Source: a virus. From it: a DNA stretch of 64,000 nt. Position numbers and translations under genes: made by a program. Below the pieces are notes generated by a model that saw nothing but the letters and a program-made list of their open reading frames with translations, was not told the origin of the DNA and made no database searches. The stretch is taken from IMG/VR virus record IMGVR_UViG_3300013126_002744, positions 4,784-68,783 of that record; one strand, 5' to 3'. Positions 1 to 11,400 of the stretch are shown piece after piece. Positions within the stretch are counted from its first letter, which is position 1. The number at the start of each line of letters is the position of its first letter.

Positions 1-33
1 AACAGTGTTCAAAGCACTCATTGCGATTTCCAT
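1..33 (-). CDS. 5' end of a gene running off the left edge (MEIAMSALNTV...)
   Basis: ATG at 33 preceded by AGGAG on the minus strand; ATAAATA late-promoter motif at 115-121 (minus). Confidence 0.5.
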   Translation of the reverse strand, partial: MEIAMSALNTV

Positions 34-62
34 AATATCTGCTCCTGTCATAATAGCATTCC

Positions 63-91
63 CTCTATAATTCTCTATAATTCTCTATAAT
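63..91. repeat. 10-bp tandem repeat (CTCTATAATT)x~3
   Basis: ctctataatt ctctataatt ctctataat seen directly. Confidence 0.85.
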
Positions 92-203
92 ATGAATATG
101 TTATTGTATAAGGGTATTTATTTAAAGCGATAGGTCACCCCTCGAAAATGGGTTGTAAATATTTTCACCTTACAACACAACATTTAAACAAGGAGTTAGT
201 GAA

Positions 204-578
204 ATGGCACAAGTATCATACCGTATTGAACAAAGTCGTGAATATCCACACATCGCGTGGATTGATCTACACCAGGATGGCATTCTTCATGAATGTGCAG
301 TTCTAAAGCAAAATGCTGATGGCAATATTCTGTTTTTTGCAGTCAACAACCTGGATGAGATTGACCGCCGCCGTCTGTCAGGTATCCTGATGGATCGTAA
401 CGCAAACAATTTTGAATTATGGGATCTAATGGCACAGAAGACCCTAGGCAATGGTGTTAACGCACTAGCATATTTCCACCAACTAGTCAAGGTCCTTTCA
501 CCATCAGGCAAGATCATGGATCCAAAATCCGGTCAGGTTGGCGGCATTGCTGCACCATCAGGTCAAGCAGTAGCATAA
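204..578 (+). CDS. hypothetical phage protein, 124 aa
   Basis: AAGGAG RBS, GTAAATA upstream, terminator downstream; no family recognised. Confidence 0.8.
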   Translation: MAQVSYRIEQSREYPHIAWIDLHQDGILHECAVLKQNADGNILFFAVNNLDEIDRRRLSGILMDRNANNFELWDLMAQKTLGNGVNALAYFHQLVKVLSPSGKIMDPKSGQVGGIAAPSGQAVA

Positions 579-606
579 TACCAGAAGTTGTAAATCTCCT
601 GATAAT

Positions 607-639
607 AAAAAAGCCGCTTATTCAGCGGCTTTTCTTTTT
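607..639. terminator. bidirectional intrinsic terminator
   Basis: aaaagccgct-tattc-agcggctttt with A/T tails, between convergent genes. Confidence 0.9.
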
Positions 640-645
640 GCTCTT

Positions 646-1866
646 TTAGTATTGGGTTCGTCCAACAGATATTGTTAGCGTATACGTGATTGCTAGTGTG
701 CGGTTCTTTGATTTTAAGATTGGACTGAAAATCAAATGAGTTAGCAGACGTTCACGCTCTGTTGATGGATTTGTTGGAGAGTTTTGGACACCAGCAATGT
801 TACCTGTCACGGGTGTTTCCAATGTTGCACCGAGTGGCGGGTTTAGAATGCCGAGAAGGATGTCTGTTTCTGGACCCGATAAATCAACCGTTGATGCAAC
901 ACCAGTTGTCGCGCTTTCAACGGCTAGGTATCCAAACGTTTGAGCGCCTGCGATGGATGGGAAGTTACCACCAGTGTTATCAGTGATCAACATTTTTGCG
1001 TAACCAGGCAATGCCGAAGTTCCACTACCAGTAAAACCCCAAGCTAGATCACTGGTGTTGATCGCTTCACACAGATCACCATAAAGAATCTGTTTGCCAA
1101 CACCGCTGCCACCAGTTGAGGGTGTGGTGAACGTTAGGGTAATTGAATTACCACCATCAACGGAAATGTTGAATGAATATGTTGTTCCTGGTAATAGTCC
1201 TGTATCATCAATTGATGTCTTGTTTAACACGTTAATGTACTGGTACCCCGAGGTGTCAATCGCTGGGGCGCCTTGAGTGTAAAGACCAATTTCATCAAAG
1301 ATGAAATCAGTTTCTGTGCTCTGTGCTGGTGCCAACGCATCTGTGCCAAACTGGCTACGTGGCTCATCGCCATTGATCGTACAAGTGATAATAACTTCTG
1401 TTTGAAGGCCTAATTCGCGGCTGCGAACGCCTGGGCCTGATACGTGCGGAACGGATACAGGATCTGATGCTGGAAAGGCCCCACCGCCTAGACGCACGCC
1501 TGTGTTCATATCTGCTGAACCAGGATCTGTACCAAGTAGCGTGTTCAGAACTGTTTGACCCTCATCAATGATTTCGGAATATGTCTCACGATAGATGCGG
1601 CTGTCCCAAGTTGCAATATCAGGTGCTTGTCCGTCGTTTGGTGTGCGATATGTAACCGTGCGAGCGGCATCAACAACAGTGCCACCATTGCCAAATGCAA
1701 TGCGGTGAATGAAATAGTTGTGCTCGTTTGCTAGTGCGCGGGCAAAGACGCACGCAAGGTTTTGCGGATGAACAGCGTTTGTTTGATCTAAAAGAACATT
1801 GCCTAAATCATCAACAATTTTGCAGTGTCCTAGTACGTTTACCGATAATTCTTGTTTGAGTGCCAT
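646..1866 (-). CDS. virion structural protein (baseplate or tail-fibre attachment type)
   Basis: IAFGNGG, FDEIGLY and LLTHLIFSPILKS motifs; late promoter at 1891-1897; last gene of the baseplate cluster. Confidence 0.65.
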   Translation of the reverse strand: MALKQELSVNVLGHCKIVDDLGNVLLDQTNAVHPQNLACVFARALANEHNYFIHRIAFGNGGTVVDAARTVTYRTPNDGQAPDIATWDSRIYRETYSEIIDEGQTVLNTLLGTDPGSADMNTGVRLGGGAFPASDPVSVPHVSGPGVRSRELGLQTEVIITCTINGDEPRSQFGTDALAPAQSTETDFIFDEIGLYTQGAPAIDTSGYQYINVLNKTSIDDTGLLPGTTYSFNISVDGGNSITLTFTTPSTGGSGVGKQILYGDLCEAINTSDLAWGFTGSGTSALPGYAKMLITDNTGGNFPSIAGAQTFGYLAVESATTGVASTVDLSGPETDILLGILNPPLGATLETPVTGNIAGVQNSPTNPSTERERLLTHLIFSPILKSKNRTLAITYTLTISVGRTQY

Positions 1867-1900
1867 AGTATTTTCCTGAGTGTGATAATGTATTTATCTA

Positions 1901-2122
1901 CTATTCCATTCGGCGAACAGCTGTTGTTAATGATTTAATAGTATTGTTGAATGCCGCGGGTTCAACACGAGCTCTCCCAAAATCGTATTCCTGAATATGA
2001 TCATCTGACACATTTTCAAAAACAAACGTGCCCTTCATGCCAACCTTTTCTATTTTAGCAATTTCATAACCCATGAGGCGTAAGTATGATGCTAATACTA
2101 TATCACTTGTTCTGTATTCCAT
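1901..2122 (-). CDS. small DUF5659-like protein
   Basis: YRTSDIVLASYLRLMGY...FVFE pattern; GGAG RBS; late promoter at 2149-2155. Confidence 0.6.
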   Translation of the reverse strand: MEYRTSDIVLASYLRLMGYEIAKIEKVGMKGTFVFENVSDDHIQEYDFGRARVEPAAFNNTIKSLTTAVRRME

Positions 2123-2159
2123 ATGTTTCTCCGTTATAACCGCGGTTATATTTATTCCA

Positions 2160-5100
2160 TTACACCGTCTTTCCGTATTTTTTAGTTACCGTTGATGTGC
2201 TTTCATCGATTCCACCAACATCAAAGTATTGTGTGTCAAACCCGGTTGGAATTACACTGTGAATAAATGTGTTTGTGGTCGCTGATGACACAGACATGTT
2301 GCTTGCAAACACTAGATCACCATCAAATCCTGATGTGTCGTGGCTGGGGACATCATACCCAAAGTCACGAATAAATCCTGTGTATGGTTGGTTTTCTTCA
2401 ATTTGTGCTGTTACAAAATCAATATCATCCATTATAAATTCAAACTGGATATATTCATGAATGTTGGTAGCCGCATATAATAGCGATTGTTCCTTGCTTG
2501 GGCAAGAACGCTCTGTTAGAGAGCTCATCACATGAGAATCCAAATCATACGCCATTACACCATCGTAGGTTACGAACGTCGGTGATGTTGCATGCACCCG
2601 CTCATTTACATAAACTCGGGCTCGCGCACTTGATTCGTTTGTTGTGCGGATTATTGTGTATGTTCCATTATTACGCGAGTTAAACGTGTCTCTCACGGTG
2701 ATGTGAGTGCCTGGAACGTATATTTCATCTTGTGTTACTGTCAATATACCTGATCCAAATGTTGTTATGTCGACGTAATCTGTCCAATTGCGCGGTTTTC
2801 TAACTTTGGACAGCGCAAAAATGGATGGGGTATCCATCTCATTCTCAGATACGGTGCTCAGCGGTGGGACAACTGGAATAAAATAGTATTCTGCATCAAA
2901 TACTAGCGGATCAGGTAACCCATCTTTGTTGGCGTCAGACTCGCTTGTTGACACCTTAACCTTTGTGCCCTCAACCCATCGTGGTATGTCTGCTAGGTCT
3001 ATCGAGACAGACAATATACCATCCGGTGACGATAAACGTGATATTTGTTTTGTTACATATACCTCAGTTGTTCCAGCGGTGTGTACGGTGGAAGCGACAG
3101 TATATTTTCCCCACCCCTGTTTGTTGGTGCTCGATGTAACATACACCGTTTCACCAACCTTGATGTCAACTTCACCTGATATTATCCATTTGTTTTCTGT
3201 TGAGTCAAATCCGGTGATAGTATACGGTCTTGAGAATACAAACTGGTTTGCTGACAGAGAGGTAGTGGAGAATGATGCAGATTGGAACTCATTGGTTGTG
3301 TCGACCAAGAATGTATTGCTGACGCCGTATTGTGGATCTGCTGTGTCATCAATCTGTCCAACTGCACTGACAATTTTGAGTTCTTTTGGATTAGCATAAT
3401 CCAATGACCACGAGTAGTTTGTTCGGGTGTAGTTGTGTATCCATTGTGAGCCGTCCCAACGTTGAGATACATTTGTAATCGGATGAACCCAGACCGCACC
3501 TACCGGAACATTGTCCATTTCTGGTTCAAGAAGGCTATAAGTTATCAACGGTGCATAACGCAGTGTTCCTGTGCCAAATGCTTTGTAGCCGGCCGGTTTT
3601 TCTATATACCCATCAGTTGTTGTTGCTGTGGAAGGAATTGTTTCCAATACCGTGAGTATTGTTGTAGGGCCCGCGCCTGGCGTCTCTTCAACACCAACCA
3701 CTGTGTATACACCATTTGCGTCCGTGTATACACCATTTGCGTCCACGTATCCACCAATTTTAATTTTGCCGCCAATTCCGAAGTATCGTGCACGATGTCC
3801 GTTGATTGTCCATGTGGTTGTTGTTTTAGCAATGATATCAAATTGGCTGTGAAACACAGGTTCAACAACTGGTATTATTGTTGTGCGACGGGATGGGTGT
3901 TGGATACGGCCCGATGCTGTTGCAGATGGTGGTATCGTCCCTGATACAACAACTGTGGTCACATACGGTTCAACAGTCGGCGGGATTGAATCTGCTGCAA
4001 CAACATACATTCCATTTGCTGGACCATATTCGTTGTCAGACACAAACAAATGGTCTCCAGCACGGAAGCGTTCAGCATACTGCCCAGCGATTTTCCATTC
4101 ATTTCCTGCAACTCCAACAATCTCGTAAACTGGAATAATGGGACTCTGAAGGATGCCAGATGGTTGGGCCGATTGAGAGATTTCCTGTGATGGTTTTACT
4201 GTGATGATTGTAACATATTGATTTTGCAAATATGTTTGATGTGGTTGAATTTTAACATCTAGCAACCTGCGAAGTTGTCCTGATGCTGTGGTGGCTTGTG
4301 GTATAGTTCCTGCAGCGACTTCAATATCAACCGTGTAATAATTGACATCAACACCATTAACATTAATCGTTTGTACGGACACAGTTGTTACTGATACAAC
4401 TTCATACGTCTTGTTTGATTCATCAAAGTCGTTGTTGGTTACAGATATTGTTTCTCCGATTATTATTTCTGCTGGGTCAAGTGTGGTGATTCTCCATTTG
4501 TTATCATCCGCTTGGACAGTTTCAATATTAAATTCAGGATACAAAGCTCGTTCAGTTGTATCAACAATGTAATACTCATTTGATGTTGGGTTGTTTGTGA
4601 CACTGACGTGACTGCCTGATGGAAGCGTGTTTGTGTGTTGTCCAAGAACAATCCACTGCCCAGGATAAATTACCCAAGCATTGAGCGCATTTTCATCCAG
4701 AACATTTAAATCTCGTTCAATGCGGGATGGTCTGACACCAACTATGTTGAGGTCTGGGGTTTGATCAGGAATTTGATTACCATCAACACTGACACCAGGA
4801 ACATATCCAGGATATGGTTGCTCTTTAACAGTGTATATTCCAGCACCTAGTTCGTTTGGTGATGTGTTGGCTATGATGATCTGCTCGCCAACTTGGAATT
4901 CATCAATGTAATCACCGTCAATAATCCAACTACCACCCGTGCCTGTTACAGCACCAACGATTTTATAATCTGGTGTTACTGTTAGTTGGATTGATGCCGC
5001 TGTTTTATTTGGAACAGTTTGTTGAGCAATTACGTGAACTGCTGTGCGGTATGGATCCGTTGGTTCAACAATTACCGAATTTAATGCATGATCAACAATG

Positions 5101-5435
5101 AATGTTTTTGAAGATGCATCACTATACGTAACAAGGAATCTATCCCCTGCTCTGAATTTTTCTTGATGATGCCCTTGAATATACCAAACCCCACCAGCCC
5201 CGGCGGCAGTAACTTCGTTCACCACCTGATAGTAGCACGACTGAGCACCATGTTGTTGAGTAATATCGGTGTTCCATTTTTCACTGACCTTTACACGAAC
5301 AGTTTCTTTGTAGATGTATTCAATCAACACATCCATAATCTTGCTGTGGTATGGTTTGATGGTGTTAGTGTAACGGACGAGTCCTTCCGCCGCATCAATC
5401 TTGAATAGTGAATTAATTAAGTTAGATTTTGCCAT
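2160..5435 (-). CDS. large virion structural protein with repeated beta modules, 1091 aa
   Basis: Recurring W.I.G...F..G...NG.Y.V modules; IKPYHSKI motif; baseplate operon. Confidence 0.7.
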   Translation of the reverse strand: MAKSNLINSLFKIDAAEGLVRYTNTIKPYHSKIMDVLIEYIYKETVRVKVSEKWNTDITQQHGAQSCYYQVVNEVTAAGAGGVWYIQGHHQEKFRAGDRFLVTYSDASSKTFIVDHALNSVIVEPTDPYRTAVHVIAQQTVPNKTAASIQLTVTPDYKIVGAVTGTGGSWIIDGDYIDEFQVGEQIIIANTSPNELGAGIYTVKEQPYPGYVPGVSVDGNQIPDQTPDLNIVGVRPSRIERDLNVLDENALNAWVIYPGQWIVLGQHTNTLPSGSHVSVTNNPTSNEYYIVDTTERALYPEFNIETVQADDNKWRITTLDPAEIIIGETISVTNNDFDESNKTYEVVSVTTVSVQTINVNGVDVNYYTVDIEVAAGTIPQATTASGQLRRLLDVKIQPHQTYLQNQYVTIITVKPSQEISQSAQPSGILQSPIIPVYEIVGVAGNEWKIAGQYAERFRAGDHLFVSDNEYGPANGMYVVAADSIPPTVEPYVTTVVVSGTIPPSATASGRIQHPSRRTTIIPVVEPVFHSQFDIIAKTTTTWTINGHRARYFGIGGKIKIGGYVDANGVYTDANGVYTVVGVEETPGAGPTTILTVLETIPSTATTTDGYIEKPAGYKAFGTGTLRYAPLITYSLLEPEMDNVPVGAVWVHPITNVSQRWDGSQWIHNYTRTNYSWSLDYANPKELKIVSAVGQIDDTADPQYGVSNTFLVDTTNEFQSASFSTTSLSANQFVFSRPYTITGFDSTENKWIISGEVDIKVGETVYVTSSTNKQGWGKYTVASTVHTAGTTEVYVTKQISRLSSPDGILSVSIDLADIPRWVEGTKVKVSTSESDANKDGLPDPLVFDAEYYFIPVVPPLSTVSENEMDTPSIFALSKVRKPRNWTDYVDITTFGSGILTVTQDEIYVPGTHITVRDTFNSRNNGTYTIIRTTNESSARARVYVNERVHATSPTFVTYDGVMAYDLDSHVMSSLTERSCPSKEQSLLYAATNIHEYIQFEFIMDDIDFVTAQIEENQPYTGFIRDFGYDVPSHDTSGFDGDLVFASNMSVSSATTNTFIHSVIPTGFDTQYFDVGGIDESTSTVTKKYGKTV
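3703..3744. repeat. 21-bp perfect in-frame tandem duplication (DANGVYT x2)
   Basis: gtgtatacaccatttgcgtcc x2. Confidence 0.9.
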
Positions 5436-5441
5436 ATTATT

Positions 5442-8400
5442 TTAGTCATCAAATTGCCCAGCAACATCAAGTATGCGGATGCCATGCAAAGCAAGCCAGG
5501 ATGTTTTCATCAGTCCTTTATATTTAGACTGGGTCACCAACGCATCTGATAGCACATCAAACCAGATACCATTGGTGTGATATGAGTCAAATGTGTTGTA
5601 GATAAAATCGCACATCTCTTTGACTTGTTGCGGATCGCTCCAGAACACATCCTCTGTTGCTGGGAATACTTCGAAGAAATGGTTGATATCAACCGGCTTG
5701 AAGTTATGTGATGGATCTTGTAAGTAGCTCACGATTGTTGCTCGAGCATACTCAGGGTTGACAAAGATCTGGTCTTTACCAAATCCATAGCGAGTGCTTG
5801 TTCCATACGTCATATCATAATGTTCACGCTCGAAAGATGGGACACGCTTGGTGAAGTCATCATACTTACAACCCATCAATGCTTCAGTCATCTTAACCCA
5901 TAAATCTTGAGGGACAGCACCGATTTGTTCACGACGGAACATGAACCACTTCTCATGCTTATTCTTCACATTCATGTAGTTGTGATCCGTTTCCAAGGTA
6001 TCACGCAGCGTTAAGTCACGAGTGAATTCAACCACGTAACGGTCACCTTCATTGATGTATCCTGTGATTTGTGATAGCACTACCTTGCGATAGAATATTG
6101 AAGGCATGTATTGATGGTTGCTGTTGTACGCAATATACATGTCATCATCCCATCCAGTTTTTGCCCACGGTGGAACATCCCACCCCTGCATCCATAAATC
6201 ATCCCGTGGATCTTGAACAATCATGTATGGGGTTGGGTTAGCAGCAAGTTGGGCTGCTATTTCTGACGTTGACAAGCTGCTTCTGTCCGCTGGGTTGCGG
6301 GTTGTTGTGTTTTGGACCCAGAAATAGTAATACAAATATGTGATGTTGTTGTATGTTCGAGTTGTTGTGCTGAACTCATACGTTTCAGTCCATTGCTCGA
6401 GAGTTACACCATCATCAGTTGTGTCTGGATCAAACTGCAGTTGTTCTTCGGTTAATACAGGAATTGGGCGAACAACATCAATGATGTCTTGCTCACGAAT
6501 AATTGTCTGTGTGCCTGTTAAACTTATAGTGTTGTTTGCGAGGATCACATCGGTTAAAACAACGCTTCCGTTAACATATACACTGACGACATCACCAGTT
6601 TCCCAACGCTCATCTGTAACAACCAGTTCTGGCTCTCTGACGTTTGGATTGTCAACAAAGTTGTACTCAAGAGCAGCATACAGACGCTCACGGATTAGTG
6701 GCTTGCGAATCCAGTTATCACTAAACGGTGGAACAATGTGAATCTGAACTGGAACTCCAGTCAGATCAACCACGTTTCCATCCTGATCTACAACAACAAA
6801 CTCATTTGTTTGAATGTCATAGTTGAACACAGTGTATGTAAGTGTAACATCAACGCTATCAGGGAATGTGATGTTAGGATCAATAGCACTCATCATGAAC
6901 ACGCTTCCATCTTCATACGTGTTGTTTGATGTATTCAGTTCAACCAGCCCCGTCGCTGGATTAACAATGGTTATTGTATCAAACTTTCTTGTGCGCTTAA
7001 ACACGGTTTTTCTTGGCGTTCCAGTAACCTTTTCCGATTGTGGGATTGTGATGTCAGATGCTTGTGCGGCAACTGTTACATCCCACTCACTTGGAGCCAC
7101 CAATGACTCAACCCATGTGTATACATCAACAGAGCTCCACTCAGGTCTCTTACCCCACTGGTAGATGCGTTGTTCAATGTCTGGTGTTAGCACATCGTCA
7201 TAATACGGCAAATATTCAAGCGTTGATGTCTGCAACCATGTAGTGCCGACTTGTGGGAATGTCCATGGTGACATTAAGTTGTCAACCTGTGTTAGAGTGC
7301 TGCTGTAATGTGCTGGATCTTCCGGATTCTGCAAATCAACATTGTGAATTGCTTGCGTTGAGTGAATTCCAAACGCTGGATGCCATAGCGGGACATCATC
7401 CAATTTTACGTGTGATTTTGTGTCCAACAGACGTGCTGGGGTGATCTTGTCTTCGCTTGGTTCAATTGTGAAGATGATCAGTTTGTCAGCAAAACCGTAG
7501 TGTGTGACATTACCACTCGTACCAAGCAGTGTTGTGCTGTCGACAAATATGTGCGTTGTCCAGTTTGGTTCCTGCTCTGTTCCATCGTTGACTAATTCCG
7601 ATTTGATTACGGAATACAATCCTGATACCTGATCAGTTGTCAATTTGATCTTATCGCCCGCCAAAAACACGTTTGCATACTGTGCGTCAAACCCCGTTTG
7701 TTCATTGGATGTGACAATCAATTCGTTTCCTTGAATGGACGTAACAGTGTATGTTGTTGCTGCAAACTTAATAATCTCTGAATTCACACGAGAGTAACCA
7801 TTTGCTTGTGCAACTTCATTCATGATTTCTGTACGGTAGTCGATCAGATTTCCTGGTTGGTTCAAACGCTGGCGTAGGATACGAACACCTTCGCAGCGTT
7901 TTGGTAGTTTCATATAACCGGTCATACCAACCATTGACACATCTGGACCGACAACATCAATCCATCCACCATCAATATACTGGCGAGTGTATATCACCGG
8001 AGTTGATGAGTGATTGACGTGAATCCAGTAATCAAGAGTGTTCTCCCCATTCTTTGGATAGTATGTTTCTGTTGGTGTTGTTCCATCAGTCGTTGAATGT
8101 GTAACATATAGACGCGTCATAGTTGAGATAGATGCGTCCAGGAACAACGGTGACTGAATTTCTTCACGTTGTTGTGGGAAGTCCACCCAGCGATTGTTGT
8201 CACGGAATGACACTGTGTCAAATCCACGGCGAACGTCATCAATGATGCTCTTGTCAATATCCGTCGGTGTGGTAAACTTCAAACGGACGTCCGTTTTTGT
8301 ACCATCGTCACCAAACAACTTGATTTGTGGATAAATTTTTGAACGGCTCTCACCAAATTCAGCAATCTTGTATGCCCAGAATTCGTCAACTTTGGCGTCA

Positions 8401-11400
8401 ACAAATTTCTTGCTGTTGATGTATGCTTTTACAGAGTTGATGGAACCTTTTGATTGGATCATGCCACGGTAGAACAAGAATTGTGATTTTGAATTCACAT
8501 TCAATAAGTCGAGATACGACATAACACTGTCATTGGAGAATGCTTCTACTGTTTGATCTGGATTGTAGCCAAGTAAATGACGAGCATATCGTGCTTCTTG
8601 AGTGCCTTCTGTCAGTTCAAATGCATCATAGTACTGACGCATATCTTCGATGCTGCCTTCAAAGTTTCGCTTGAATGCACCATCCGATAGATAATAACCT
8701 CCCAATGTTGGGCGAAGTGTGTAATCCGTCTTTTCAAAATAATCAAGATCAAATCGCTTGATGTATAAACCCAGGAACGGATCATATACAAGATCATCGC
8801 CAACCGTGTAATCATTGAACATGATGATGTGCTCATACCCCTCAACAAAGAAATGGCCACCGCCAATATGCAAATAATTGTATGGATCAACGAACCCAAA
8901 TGGATACAGTTCAACGTCGTTAGGAATGCCTGCGCGCACAGATATGCGCGACATTTTATCTTCACGATATACGGTGATTTTGTCTGCTGTTAACGCTCTG
9001 CCATACTGATCGTACAGTTTCTGGCTGACACGGATGTCCGCGTATGGTCCAGTGATGATATTTGACAACATTCCTTGTGGTGTGCGAATCCATACGTTGT
9101 TTCTGATTGGATTGAGCTCAAAAGACGGGAATGTTTGTTCTCTAGTAAACAACGCAATGTGCATTATACCGCTACCCATTGTTGATAGATCAACAATTGT
9201 AGTTTCATCAACCCTGGTTGACACAGATAATTGGAATACCTGTGGGTCGGATGTTGTAACAAGATAGTACACTGTGTTACCAAACAACGGTTGTGGTAGT
9301 GTGCCTGTTGTTGTTACAGCGAGTTTTGTACCTGATGTCCATGATGGAGCGGCTGTCGTAAACCGCAACGTATTTGCTGTCATATCATTGACGGTAAATT
9401 CATAACGGTCGTTGAGTTGCAGACGGGAGCGTCGGAGTCCATACGCCCAATCAATAAAGCGCTCCATTTCAACTTGCCATGATACCGGACGGCCTGTGTC
9501 TGTATCATATTCAACAAAGTCGTTTGAGTTGTTATAAACAACATTCTTGTCGTTTTGCAGTTGTGTGTAGCCATCGATCATGTTGACGAGTGTCTGCATC
9601 CCAACAATGGTTTCTGGTAGTGTTGCTGTACGGACATCCGCGAGGTTTGGCTCATAGTGAATCCAAAGATCTGTTGATGCACTATTGCCACCAAACACCT
9701 GGAATGATGATTTGATTTTACCGATTGTTATATCACCGATAGGATCACTGGTAATATCAACAGCAATGTTGACTTGCGCGTTGCTTGCTGTCGTCGCAAG
9801 TTTGATACGGCGATCATCAACAACAATCACATAGTATGGTGTTTTATCTGCAATTGGATACGGTAGTGCTGATGTTGCTGACATCACTACAACATCACCA
9901 GTATTCCAATTGTGTGCATAATCTGGAATGTCAATAACCCCGTCACGAATTGACGTTGCAACATTTTCAGCAACTTTAACGCGCGTCATATCATTCACAG
10001 CGTCAAACACAGCATTAACTACCGTATAAACACCATCATTTGTTGATGAATTGGATACAGTTATTGCAACACCCTCCAAGAAGAATGGTGTCTGGTCGTG
10101 TCTGATTTCAAACGTGTTGATGGATGCTGTTACATCATCAATGTCAAATTGGAATGCTGTCAGTACATCCGTGTCACGATCTATCATAAATGGCCATATT
10201 TGAGGACCATAATACTCAATCGTTCGTGACACAGGAGCAAGTGCATCAACAACAATTTTCCATTTAGATTGGTTGTTGTATTGAATAATTGCTGGTGGTA
10301 TCGACAGTATTGTCAATTCAAACCCATCAACCCACTTTTCACTAATAACACCACTGTTTGCTAAGATAACACTATAATCCTTTTCAGTGACATCAAAGTT
10401 CTTGTTGAATATTTGAAGTGTGTTTGTGTCAATGATGCCTGCAGTCTGGTATGACTGTTTTGGCGACCAGTTCGTCCACATTTCACGGAAGCCAACGTTT
10501 GTGTCAAATCCTTTGAACCTGTTGAAGTTGACATACCACTGATTTAATCCGTTTGTTTCATATACCTTATTTTTGTCGTATATGTCGCCATGGAACAGTG
10601 CATTTTTATGACTGTACACCTTTTTACCAATGACATCTACCTGGAGTCCACCAATCGTTACGTAATCTAATCCAAATGTTTGGTATAGGAATTTAGCAGG
10701 TTGCATTAAGAAAGCAACAACCGCTTCATCATAAACATGCTCGCCAGAAATACTCCACTCCCATTCCGCTGGCCCATATTCACCAAATAGATAATCAGCA
10801 TTTGGTGCAACAACCTGTGTTGAGAATACACGATACAGTGAACGCACTGTTGGGTGGATTGGTGCAACATTTGTGTTGTCATAGTATGGTGGTAGCAGAG
10901 TGTCAGGCTGATATCCGCCTGTTATCTCGCTGTCTGATATATTGACAGAAAAATAATTGTATGTTGGTAGCGAAACATTGTCCGCAGTTGGGTTGCCTGT
11001 GCTTACAATGCCATTGGGATATGCACAACCTGCAGGAACAACACCCGTTCTGATATTTTCCCACATGCCAATTTTTGCGGCATGGTTGTAAACCCATCTG
11101 CGAGTTCCTGTGATGTCAGCATAGTACCCATCCCACCATACAGGTTTTTCACCGTATCCTTGCAGTTTCCATGGTTCCAAATGCGGATAGGCAGTACCAT
11201 ACCACAACTCATAGACAGCTTGCCAACAGGAACGGGGTTCATGTGTAATGCCAGCACGTGGTGGTGTGTCTACCATACACTGTGCATAATTCCATGTAAA
11301 AGCGTCCGTTGCATTGTATGTTGTGTTAACGAACGGTGTTCTGATGTTCTTTTTAACAACATATTCGTTAAAACGCTGTTTCATTCGACCATCAAACACT

